The notes beneath the pieces were generated by a model, which saw only the letters and a list, made by a program, of their open reading frames with translations, had not been told where the DNA came from and did no database searches. From the human T2T-CHM13v2.0 reference genome, Homo sapiens, in assembly GCF_009914755.1 (NCBI RefSeq), contig NC_060935.1: a DNA stretch of 64,000 nucleotides. One strand, 5' to 3'. How positions within the stretch are numbered: position 1 is the first letter of the stretch; each line of letters starts with the position of its first letter. Below, one piece after another: positions 18,106 through 37,870 of the stretch. Both the position numbers and the translations under genes were made by a program.

Positions 18106-19216
18106 ATAAGATGCTTTGTAATAATAACAACAATGCCTAACTCTTACTGAGTGTGTCCCATGTGCCAGGCCCTGCACTAGAGCTTTATTTTTCACCACAA
18201 TCCTGTAAGATTGTCACTCTTACCCATGTTTCATAAGAGGAGGAGTTCAAAGTCCAGGGTATTCTCTGTGGAGTGCAGAGCTGAGTGGTGGGCCCTGAAC
18301 ATCCACTTAAAGGACAATAACCAGGCATCCGAGGAAAACACTAAAAATGGGGTGAGAGAACTGAACACAAGAATGATGGGTTTCACAGATTCTCGTAGAG
18401 CCCATATTTTCTACTGGTGAGTGCGGGTGAGTCTAACTTTGGGTTACTGGAAGGAGACGCAGAGTTGAGGGGTAAGTGGAGAATCAGTAGTTCTGAACTG
18501 TGGATAAGGAAATGAGTGGTTAAGAAGTGCTGAGGCCATCCTGATCATAGAATCATCTGATTTTATACCAGAAAGGGGATTAGATTCAGTTTTTTTCATT
18601 TCACAGCCCTAGAAACTTAGGCCCTATAAAGGTTAAGTGATTTGCCCACATCGATTTCAAATAGCAAGGGAGAATATATGAGGAACCCATTTCCCCAAAC
18701 TTAAGTTTCCAAGAGACTCCAGTATCCCAACCCAGATTCTGTACAAAAATAATAAGAAACTGGTACCAATTGCCTCGAAAGTGAAACTCAGTTAAACCTG
18801 AGTGGTGCTGAGCAAACTACTACATTAGGCACTCATCTATTATAGAGGATATATTTCAAAGACAGAGTGATGTAATGGAGAAGCATTTCGTAAGGAAACC
18901 AAGAGCCCTTTTCTATCTCAGGTTTCTTTTTATTGAAGCTTGAAGCTCAAGTTCATGGCTTCATCAAAAGACGCTTCAAATCCTGAAGTTGAGATAGCTC
19001 TCACCTGGAGCCCGTGTGTTGTTCTACCCTTTGGCTGGGAACACAGTCACCTGGGAATCATTCCAGCAGGTGGCTTCAAAAGTCCAACCTGCTAGGTTGA
19101 AATCTGACACTGACACAGACTCCGGGAGCTGCCGCGGAAAGCTCAACCAGGAACCCGGAAATGCACAAGCCTCTTGATGCATAAAAACAGCTGGGCTCCC
19201 TTGGAGACAGAGCGCC

Positions 19217-19248
19217 ATGGGAAACCGGGTCTGCTGCGGAGGAAGCTG
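19217..19248 (+). CDS. C11orf52: C11orf52 coding exon 1 (MGNRVCCGGS W)
   Basis: Kozak gccATGG; donor CTG|GTGAGT; joins exons 2-4 in frame. Confidence 0.92.
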
Positions 19249-19436
19249 GTGAGTAGGCTGGAAGGGCAAAGGGGAACATCTATCTCTGTTGGTGGATGTA
19301 GAGGCCCCGAAAATCAGAGGACCTGGAGATAGTTGTCTGCCAGCCTCCCACTGCCACCTTCCTCTGCCTGGTACCTCCTTGTTCCAACACCAGAGCAGCA
19401 CCTCCTTTCAGGAGGCCTTAGAAGACAGAGCCAAGT

Positions 19437-25396
<5,960 letters not shown>

Positions 25397-25896
25397 TCAG
25401 CAGAGGAGGGAGAAGGTGTTTTAGGCAGATAAATCAGCTCATGAAAAAAAAAAAAAGAGACTGACCTGATTCAAAGTGGCTGATTGGTATAGCTGAGCAC
25501 TTCCCACCTTGCATTGTAAGTGTGTTTACTTATTTTTATTTATTTGTCTCCCCTAGCAGGCTGTAAGCCCCCTGAGGTAGAGGAAACAGCTTACTCATCC
25601 TTCTACCCCCAGAACATGGCACAGAGCCTGGCACACAATGGGTTCTCTTGTTGAACTTGTTAGGGGCTAGTGAAAAATGAGGATGGAAGATATTATGGCC
25701 AGATTGTGAAAGGGCCAGATTGTAAACCCTGCTAAGGAGTTTGGATTTAGCACTAGTAGACATGAAAGAAGTGAGAATGGAGGCAGGGGGATTAGACAGA
25801 AGCCTGCCGTTAATAGTTTAATAGTGATTTGAAGAAGGCAATCTCAGTAGAGACAGGGAAGAGAGAATAAACTTAAGTTGGATTTCTTCCCCTCAG

Positions 25897-25958
25897 GAAG
25901 CCAAACAAGACGGACACTGAAGCCGCAGCCACAACAGCTGCAGCAGAATCTCCCAAAG
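25897..25958 (+). CDS. C11orf52: C11orf52 coding exon 3 (SQTRRTLKPQPQQLQQNLPK)
   Basis: Acceptor ttcttcccctcAG, donor AAG|GTAATG; 62 nt, ends phase 0. Confidence 0.92.
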
Positions 25959-26203
25959 GTAATGACAGGTCTCTGTCCCCTCTCTGGGGCTGCTCGGACA
26001 TGGGATCCCAGTAGTCAGCTCTTTTGCACTGCAACAGACACATTTCAGTCACCTGTAGAATTTGCTGGCTCTGTCTGTCCTCCTCTGTCTGTCCTTTGCT
26101 CAAAGGAGCAAAGCGAAGGGACATCAGTTGACCTGCCCCTGCATTGGAGGTGAGGGGCAAAACCAAGCCATGAATCTCCCTTAATGCTATCCATTCCTCG
26201 CAG

Positions 26204-26443
26204 GGCCATGAAACAACAGGACATACGTATGAACGGGTGTTACAGCAGCAAGGGTCTCAAGAGAGGAGTCCAGGCCTCATGTCGGAAGACAGCAACTTAC
26301 ATTATGCTGACATTCAAGTGTGCAGCCGTCCCCATGCCCGGGAAGTGAAACACGTGCATTTAGAAAACGCTACAGAGTATGCGACCCTTCGCTTCCCCCA
26401 GGCCACACCTCGCTATGACAGCAAGAACGGGACCCTGGTGTGA
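26204..26443 (+). CDS. C11orf52: C11orf52 coding exon 4 (GHETTGHTYERV...LHYADI...TEYATL...KNGTLV*)
   Basis: Acceptor ccattcctcgcAG; 240 nt to TGA; spliced CDS 372 nt = 123 aa. Confidence 0.93.
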   Translation, partial: GHETTGHTYERVLQQQGSQERSPGLMSEDSNLHYADIQVCSRPHAREVKHVHLENATEYATLRFPQATPRYDSKNGTLV

Positions 26444-27059
26444 GCGCTTGGGAGGAAGGCCCAGTCCATCGTTAACCACTACACCTGTGGGGGAGAACCT
26501 ACTGCTTTGGGGAATTGGGTGGCAACCCAGGGATGTTGTCCACGTTTTAAGCTTAAAGAACTCCAAAGCCCCTGGAATTGTGGGCGTCCCATTTTCTCCC
26601 CTGGCCTCTTACTTGCCACTGTTAGGTTGGAGTTAATAGTTGGTTTAGCTATGGGTGGATAGCTAAACTTAGCTATCCACATGAGGTTAGGTGGAGTGTG
26701 CAGGGAGGTAGGTCTTCGACCCCACCATTGTTGCTCCTGCTCTTGCAAAGTGCAGAAAGAGCAGGTAAAAAGTTAGCCCATAAGCACGTGGGCTGATCTT
26801 GTTGGACTTTAATTAATGGTATCCTTTTTCACACACCTTAAACTCCAAAGCTGAAGGGGAGGTGCTCCGGAAAAGCATTCTGAGCTTTTACATTCAGACA
26901 CTAGGGCTGGCTTGGGCCATTTCCTCAGTGGCTGAGTCAGGTTCCAGACCTTAACAGACAAATGGGGGAAGGGGGCTGAGGCGTGGAGGAAACGCTTTCA
27001 GGACCTCAAGTCAGTGATAACCGACAGCACAGTGAGGCCTGGAAACTTCCCTCGGAGGG

Positions 27060-27720
27060 ACTGTTGGCTCTCGCAGGTGCGGGGCCGCTAGGATCAATAA
27101 ACGGCCTGAGAAACATGCCTGGCGCGTTTTCTGGGGCGGGGCCCCGAAGCTCCTTGCGAGGACAGCGGATCCCGCCCAGTTTTAAGGGCGGTTCGAAAGT
27201 CCAGCCAGTAGACAGGCCTTCCGGCCCCACCCCCAGGCCGCGGCTGGAGGCGGAGCTGGAGGGGGGTGGGGTTTAGGAGAAAGGGGGCGGGCTACCATTG
27301 GCAGAGGGCGCAGTTCCTGGGGCGGGGGTCCATGCCGGGATTGGTTGTTGTCGGAGCTCCTGGGAGGCGGATCCGGAACGGCAGTTGGGGGGGATCTGGG
27401 TCCAGGGGGCGCGGTCTGGGCCTGCAGGAGGCGGGATCCGGCGGGCCAGAGGCGGGACCAAGGCCGGCAGGGGCTGGCTCTGGCTGGCTGGAGGCGGGCG
27501 GGGCTTGTGGCCGGCCCCCGCATCACCATGGCAGCGGGAAAGCCGCGGCAAAGCCAGAGCACTGGCAGGCCGAGCTCAGGAGGGCTGGGGACAGAGATGC
27601 TGAACCAGACGGACCCATCATTTAAGAGGTAGGTGCTGAAAGGTGGCGAGTAACAAAAATATTACCCAAGTTGATCATCCACATCGAAACTGGGGACACG
27701 CGGAGGTGGCGAGGATGAAG
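27060..27720 (+). promoter_or_regulatory. DIXDC1: CpG-rich promoter with multiple GC boxes; distal DIXDC1 promoter and non-coding first exon ending at donor 27628
   Basis: High CpG density, repeated GGGCGG/GGCGGG, donor AAGAG|GTAGGT at 27628/27629; TSS not determinable from sequence. Confidence 0.7.
27096..27101 (+). terminator. C11orf52: Probable C11orf52 polyadenylation signal
   Basis: First AATAAA seen after the stop codon (~650 nt 3'UTR). Confidence 0.65.
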
Positions 27721-27779
27721 TGGGTTAGAGGAGGCTAAAATTTCAAAGACCAAACCGCCCTCAGCCTTGTACATTCTTA

Positions 27780-28354
<575 letters not shown>

Positions 28355-28644
28355 CTATTATATCATTACCATTATCACTTTTTCCCGGCCCGTTGTCTGG
28401 CAAAGACTCAATGCAGGCAGATTCAGAAAAGGTGGGTTGGAGGACTGACCCCCACCACTAATTGGTGGAGAAACTCTGTAGCCTATTTTCTATATATTAA
28501 ATGAAGGTGGCCGGGCGTGGTGGCTCACGCCTGTAATCCCAGCACTTTGGGAGGCTGAGTCGGGCAGATCACCTGAGGTCAGGAGTTCGAGACCACCCTG
28601 GCCAACAATGCGAAACCCTGTCTCTACTAAAAATACAAAAATTA

Positions 28645-29000
<356 letters not shown>

Positions 29001-29116
29001 TCAAAAAAGTGGGAAAAAAAAAAGGTAGAATCATTAACTCTGTTTTCAAAGATTATTTACTGCAAAGGTCAAATAAGATGATGTAGATGATAGTACTTCG
29101 TAAGCTTAAAGTGCTA

Positions 29117-29465
<349 letters not shown>

Positions 29466-30094
29466 TCAGTTTCTGAGGATAGAAGGAAGTAAATGCCAGT
29501 AGCAGAGCTTCCAGTATTTCTCCTGATTATCTTCAGAATACTTCCTGTGGTCCTTGACTAATAAATATAGGAAGAAAGGAAAATGCATTGTTGCTTGACT
29601 AACGATAGGGGAGTATTACTCTTCACTTTATTAGTATTAATACCTAAGCAACTAGGTTTAAAAATGCCACTGGGTTAGCTGGGTGTGGTGGTGCACACCT
29701 GTGGTCCTGGATACTTGAGAGGCTGAGGTGGGAGGATCACTTGAACCCAGGAGTTAAAGGCTGCAGTGAGTTATGACAGTGCCAGTGCACTCCAGCCTGA
29801 GTGCCGGAGTGAGACCTTATCTCTAAAAAAAAAAAAAAAAAAAAAAGTAAATTTTAAAATGCCACTGGGATAGCCCTGTTGTGCTTGTAATATCTTCAGC
29901 TGGACTTCCTGCTAACTAGGGTCCTATTTCTGATACTTCAAGATGACTTAAGTTGGTAGGTTTTGGGGAGGGGTCTGGCCCCAACTCGGTTAGTTGAGCT
30001 TTAAATTTTTTTTTTCCTGGCTTGTTATTTTGTACATTTCTTATTCTTCCTGTTTTAGATGGCCCTGATTCGTCTCTTCTAGGGACTCTTGAAG

Positions 30095-30151
30095 ATGGGG
30101 ACCCAAGTGGTTATGAGATTCAATAACTCCTTGCTGCCAACAGAGCCTTCT
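30095..30151 (+). CDS. DIXDC1: DIXDC1 alternative N-terminal coding exon (MGTQVVMRFNNSLLPTEPS); exon spans 30059-30151
   Basis: Long polypyrimidine tract + TTTTAG acceptor at 30058; aagATGg Kozak; donor TCT|GTAAGT; phase 0, same as the main first exon. Confidence 0.75.
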
Positions 30152-31061
30152 GTAAGTTTTTGGTGTACTATTGTGAAAAGCGTGATGATGTTACTGGAAT
30201 TTCAATACAGTTCTACTTCTGGGGATTTCTCCATCAGGACTCAGATCCTGGAACAGAATTTTAATATATTTGTCTTTTTTTTTGCTTTTCCTTCTTGTGG
30301 AAATTCTATTAATAGCTCTCTTGGACCTCGAGTCATCTTTTTCTGGAATTAATAAAATAAGGCAGAGGTTGAGAAATTCTAGCAATTAATCAGAATGTAT
30401 GCGTTTTTAAAAGATTTAAAGTTTGTTATAGCAATAATGTATGTTAATTACAGAGCATTGGAAAAATATTGCAAACTATGATTTTAAAAAATGCAAACCG
30501 TAATTCTCCCACCCAGAAGCACACTGTTAATATTCTGGAAAATATTCTTGCAGTCACTATATATACATATATATATAGTGAGCAATCTCAGCTCACTGCA
30601 ACCTCTGCCTCCCGGGTTCAAGCAATTCTCCTGCCCCAGCCTTCTGAGTAGCTGGGACTACAGGCACGTGCCATCACACCCAGCTAATTTTTTGTATTTT
30701 TAGTAGAGATGGGGTTTCACTGTGTTAGTAAATTTTTAACATGCGATCATATGCTGCACAAACTTTTTAACTTGCTTTGTTTCACTTAACGTTAACATAA
30801 AATTGTTAAAATGTTTGTTTTAATGTGGGCACGTTTGGTAAACATTATAATGGCTGTAATTTTCTTAACCACTTCTCTGTTGTTGGACTTTTAGGTTCGC
30901 TCACCCCTGCCCCCCACATTGTAAATAATTAATTTCCTTATTTAGGACTATGTCAGGCCAGGTGAGGTAGTGGCTTATGCCTGTAATCCCAGGACTTTGG
31001 GAGGCTGATGCCAGGATTGCTTGAGGCCAGGAGTTCAAGACCAGCCTGAGCAACATAGTGA

Positions 31062-31479
<418 letters not shown>

Positions 31480-31627
31480 TGAGGTGGGAGGATTGCTTGA
31501 GCCTGGGAGGTCGAGGCTGCAGTGAGCTGTGATTGTGCCTCTGCACTCTAGCCTGGGCAATAGAGTGAGACACTGTCTCAAAAAAAATTTTTTTAAAGAC
31601 TGATGTCAGGCCAGGTGCGGTGGCTCA

Positions 31628-31917
<290 letters not shown>

Positions 31918-32209
31918 CTACATCAAAGACTGTCAACATTTAAAATAATAAATTACCTCGTACAACAATTGTAGCGTCAGATTTTGTATACATCTTTCAG
32001 AAGGCAGCTGGACATCAGTTAGGAGTTAGGTCCTTGATAGAAATCAGGCTACCTGTTGCAATGAGACCTTGAATCTTGCAGAAAGATGATTTGATGTTAG
32101 TGTAATTACTGATGTGGAGCTCTGACACCTGATCAACTGATAGCCCAGAGGCATAGGGGTGCATTTTCAGTGCAGTCGTAGAGAAACTCAAGTGTCACTT
32201 CCAAAATAT

Positions 32210-32225
32210 CCACCAGATGTCGCTA
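32210..32225 (+). promoter_or_regulatory. Candidate CTCF site
   Basis: CCACCAGATGTCGCTA resembles the CTCF core CCACCAG(G/A)(G/T)GGCGC, in unique sequence. Confidence 0.5.
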
Positions 32226-32266
32226 GTCTTAATATAATACTCACCCACAGGCTAGCTGGCAGATAA

Positions 32267-32515
<249 letters not shown>

Positions 32516-32610
32516 TGATCCTCCTGCCTCGGCCTCCCAAAGTGTTGGGATTACAGGCGTGAGCCACCACGCCTGGCCACTGGCAGATAACTTTTGAAAT
32601 GTGAATTTTA

Positions 32611-32850
<240 letters not shown>

Positions 32851-33388
32851 TCATGTAGAATATTTTCACATATCTGCTTTGGTGTGGTTTATATTAAGCA
32901 CTAGCATCTGGTGATTACTTTGGCGACATCCTACTCTAGTCTTTCACCATTCTGTCTTTCTCCCTTCTTCTGCCCACTCAGTCTGTCACATTCATCATGT
33001 ATACTCTTTCCTCACATACTAGTCATCGGATTCTCAGTTTTACTAGTCTTCCTTTTACTATTCTTCCCTCCAGTCTTGTTTCTTGCCCCATGTGTTATGT
33101 GTATATTTATGTGTAACTGTCAGTTATTCAAGTTTTTGCTAAAAGAATAAGACCTGGCATATAATGACTCATAAGAGGTGCTCAGTATCTATTTAATGGA
33201 TGTTTAATGAAACAATGTATGAATGAATGAGAGGAAAATACAGGATACTAAAAATTATTTATATTTGGCTTGAGAATACAGTAAAAGAGATAAAGATTCA
33301 CATTCCTAAATTACGTATAATTAAGTACTAAATGACACAGTATAGAACAAGCTAGACCATTTAGAGTTTTCTTTTGGTTTTTTTTTGA

Positions 33389-33547
<159 letters not shown>

Positions 33548-36500
33548 TAGTAGGGAGGGGGTTTCTCCATGTTGGTCAGGCTGGTCTCGGACTCCTGACC
33601 TCAGGTGATCTGCCCGCCTTCCGCCTTGGCCTTCCAATATACTGGGATTACAGGCGTGAGCCACCGCTCCCGGACCTTTTCTCTTTTTTTGAGGCAGTGT
33701 CTCACTCTTGCCCAGGCTGAAGTGGAGTGGTGCAGTCACGGCTCACTGTAGCCTCAACCTCCCGGGCTCAAGCGATCCTCCCACCTCAGCCTCCTGAGTA
33801 GCTGGGACTATGGGCACATACCACCATGAGTGGCTAATTTTTGTATTTTTTTGTATTAATTTTGTAATTTTTTTGTGCCACTGCATTCTAGCTTGGGCAG
33901 CAGAGTGAGATGATCTTGTCTCTCTCTCTCTCAAAAAAAAAAAAAAAAAAAAAGACATTATTCCAAGGGTCATTTAAAATATTTTTATTGACAATTGTAA
34001 TTATTTGTTTATTCAAACTGCCTTTCTGTTTCTTTATAGTCATGAATTATTGGCCATAATAGTTGTGTTACATTTTATATAGATTTGAATTTCACACTTC
34101 TTATTTTTATGCAGAGAGAAGTCACAGGCAATATTTTCACCAAATGATGGTTTTATTTTAAGGCTCAAAGTCTTACTTAGGCTAACATCTTACTCTATTT
34201 ATTAACAGACGTGATTAATGTTTCTCCCACTGGCTCATTCATTCCTTCAAGTAAAAATAGATTTACATTTTTGTAATGTAATCTTGCATTCTTATGTAAT
34301 GTAATGTTGCATTCTTCATATGACAGTATTGCATAATGGTTAAGAACCTGGACTTTGGCTTCACCATTTAGTAGCTATTGGGTCTGTGACAAATTACTTC
34401 TCCAAACCTCTCTTTCTTTATATGTAAAAATCCTACTGTTTATGGTAATTGTGACAGTCAAATGAGCTAATACTAAGTGCTGAGTACAGGGTTTGGCACA
34501 CAGTAAAAGCTCAATTTTGCTATTATTACTGTTATATATAGATATTTGGGTAGCTTTTAGTTTGTGGGGGAAATGTCTGCCATTATTGTCAAAATAATGC
34601 AGGACTGAGGAAGCCAGGTATAAGTTCAGAAATCAGGCAGCATGGCAGGGATATGCAGAAAGCAGTTTGCTGGGTTTCTTTGCCTCTGCTTCCAGGCAGA
34701 GTGAATGACAGCCCTGCAGCAGCAGAAGTGGTTCCAGCTACCCAGATGGCTTGCAGTTTTCCCACATACAAACACTATGGGATGCCTGATCATTGTCCCA
34801 GTTATTCCTAGTTCTTGTAGCTAGCCCTCATACTCTCCCAGCTCTTATGTTGATATTACAACATGGTGGGATCGGGAGGATGGAAGGAATACTAAATGTT
34901 AGTGTTGTTTGGAGCTAAAGCTCAGTTCTTCATCTGAGCCACTTTGTAAGGCCAACTAAGATAACTGTGGTGAACATCTCTTCTGAGCAAAAAAAAAAAT
35001 GGACATTATATGGTCTGACAGGAATTTTGTGCTTTTTCCAAATGTGAGAGGCAGACTATGTAAAATAGTATAATTTTTGGAACACATCTTAATAGTCATA
35101 TGGGAACAATAGAATGAATATTTTGAAATTGTACTATTTAAATCAAAATTAGATGCCATTAAAATTTTGGTTCCACAGTTGCATTAGCTGTAGTTCAAGT
35201 GCTCAGTAGCCACGTATGGCCACTATATTGTACAGCATAGATATAGAACATTTCCATCTTCACAGACAGTCCTAGTGAACACCATTGCTCTAGAATATGT
35301 GGTTTGTATAGTTATAGACTTTTAGGGAATAGTGCAATATTGGACCATATGCCTTATAATACATTTTAAAAAATCAATTCACTACAATTCTCTCTTAATT
35401 CCTCCAGCATGCTGTGATGGGCAGTGCAAAGAGCACAGGATCAGACCTCAGAGCCCTCTGGTTCAGATCTTAGTTTCCATACTGACTTGCTGAGTGACTG
35501 TGAGCACCTCTCCTAGCCTTGGTTGCTTTTTCTATGATATAAGGGACTTGGGCCAAGTAAGGAAGTTGGGCCAAAATGTTTTGGAGCTTTAAAATTCAGT
35601 GATTTCATAAGTCTTTTTCCAGAAACACTGAGCTCACAGATCCTACTTTGATCAAAGACTTGTTTGAGAAACGCTGACCTCTGGCATAGATAACTGTCAG
35701 CAGGATCTCCCTCTGATGTCTCAATATTTTCTGCTCTGTGTACAAAGCATGAGGGGCTCTCAACCAATCAGGATCCTCTACCCAGGGATCCACCAAGTAG
35801 GTACTTTGGTTTTGCATCATTATGCACGTAGATGTATTGCATGCAAGTCTGTGCTGTTGGAAATTTCATGCTTCTCTTTATAAAGGAACTTGTTGAATTG
35901 ACATGGGTTAGTGACTCTCCGGGGGTGTTACACCACGAAGTGTGGTAGTGTCAAAGGGAGTTCTTGGCAGTTAAATTCCTCAGCTAGATTATGAAGGACA
36001 GTGGTCTTTGGACTTGTGGGCTGCTCAGGTTTAGAATGATTTGGTGTCTTAGCTTTTCCCCAGCATTAGCCAGAATTGAACCCACTACATTCAACCAGCA
36101 GCTGCCACTCAACACCTGTGCTGGCCCTCTGCCCCCTGCCTGTTGTGGTCAGGGAGATGTGTTCTTTTTCAGAAACATCTTTGTGTTTAGCAGCTTTAGA
36201 CATTCAGACAAGATATTGCTAGCCTGGCTGCTCTTGGTGGATTTTCTTTTTCTCTAAGGACCTGAAGAGGTCATTAGGTTGAATAAGAGCCATTACTGAC
36301 TTTTCTGGCTAAGGTACTAATCAGGATTTGAGGAGGAATCTGGGTCTTCCAGAAAATCATAAGTGTAGACTCCTAGATCCTTGAGCTGCCTGTCACTGAT
36401 TGGCTGCGTCCTTGGACAAGGCCCTGACCTTCTCTGAGCCCTAATGCTCTGTAAACCCTTCCTCTCCATCTGGGATCACGAGGTGGAATGTAAAATGAAT

Positions 36501-37084
36501 GTTTTTTCAGCTTCGAGTTTTCCTATAGAAACAAGAGTTTGCACTGAGTTGCAAATGACTAGTATTCCTAAAAATAAATAATCAAGGCTATGACTTGAAT
36601 AGCTAGAAACAGCCTAGAATAGCTTTCTGTTTCACTTGAGGAAGCTTTTTACCTCTTTCAAATGCACCAGGACATTTTTGCAGTCTTTATTTTAATTAAA
36701 GCCCATTTATTTTAAAACACATTAAAATATGGGTTGTATATTTTAGCAGTTATTTTATAAAGAATGAAATAGGAAAATTTTGGAAAAGGCTTGGTCATCC
36801 TTGATGTTTCTGTTGCGATCCTGCGTGATGTTTAGCACTGTTCTATTGAATGTGTTCTGATACCATCAATAACTAAAGTTCTTTTTATCCTCTTTTCCCC
36901 CTTTCTTCCTCTGCTCTTTCTCTTTCTTATTTCTTTCCCTTCTGCTTCCTCTTCTTTAGCTTGACCTCACTGTCCAGGGCCCATGTGGAAAAAGGTTGCT
37001 GTTTTCGGTTAGTCTGGGGGAAAATCCTATGATTCACTCCCTTTCCCACCCACCTTCTGGTGGGCCGTTTGTGGCCTTAAGTTA

Positions 37085-37087
<3 letters not shown>

Positions 37088-37124
<37 letters not shown>

Positions 37125-37413
37125 GCGCACCCTCCCCACGGGCACACCCGCCTGCAAGCCTGGTGTGTGTGTGCGCGCGCGCGGCTGCAAGCGCATGCAT
37201 ACGCCAGCCGGGCCGCCTGTTTGTCAACGTGTGTGTGTGTATGTGTGTATGTGTGTATGTGTGTGTGTGTGTGTATGCACACAGCGCGCACATACAGCAG
37301 CACGTTTGCCTAAAAGCCGTGTGAGTGTGTGTGTGTGTAGCGCACGCACACACGCCCGTGCTGCGGCCCGGGCGGGGGGGGGGTGTGCGCGTGCGTGCGG
37401 GCGTGCAGCGCGC
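37088..37413. repeat. Compound (GT)n/(GC)n/(CA)n alternating purine-pyrimidine region
   Basis: (GT)18 at 37088-37123, then GT-GC, GT/AT and CA/CG tracts. Confidence 0.95.
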
Positions 37414-37870
37414 GCCCTCGCCAGCCCGCCTGGCCGTGCGGCTTTCCCGCAGGAAAGCGGGGCTGGGGGCAGCCCGGCAGCGCCGCTCAACCTAGTGCGC
37501 GCCCAGTTGTTTCCATAGGAACCGCGACCGCGCCGGGCCCCTCCAGCGGAGGCCCCCGTGCGAGCATGCCCAGTGCAAGCCGCTAGTTTGGCTCCAGTCT
37601 AGGTTTCCAGTAAGTGGCATGCGGGACTCCGGAGGGATCCCAATGAGCTGAGCCGAGAGCCTTTGTGTGCAGAGGGAGGAGGAGGAGGCGGCGGCGGCCG
37701 CCGGGCTGGAGACCCCGCCCGGGGAGCCCCCAGCAGGAACAATGCTAGCCTGCCTGACCCGAGGGAACTTACTGGACGTCCTGCAGGAGGGCTTCAATGA
37801 GGTAACTGTCCTGCTCCTCCCACTCCTCAGCTCCCCTCCCCCAGCGTCTCCCGCCCAGTCTCCGGAAGGG
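37330..37870 (+). promoter_or_regulatory. DIXDC1: CpG island / main DIXDC1 promoter and 5'UTR
   Basis: CpG-rich, (GGA)n(GGC)n tract, directly upstream of and spanning the ATG exon. Confidence 0.8.
37742..37801 (+). CDS. DIXDC1: Dixin (DIX domain-containing 1) first coding exon MLACLTRGNLLDVLQEGFNE; the rest of the gene lies beyond the window
   Basis: Recognised N-terminus; donor GAG|GTAACT, phase 0. Confidence 0.92.

Noticed and set aside
37027-37518. CVCVCV / HTHTHT ORFs
   Set aside because: Translations of GT/CA microsatellites
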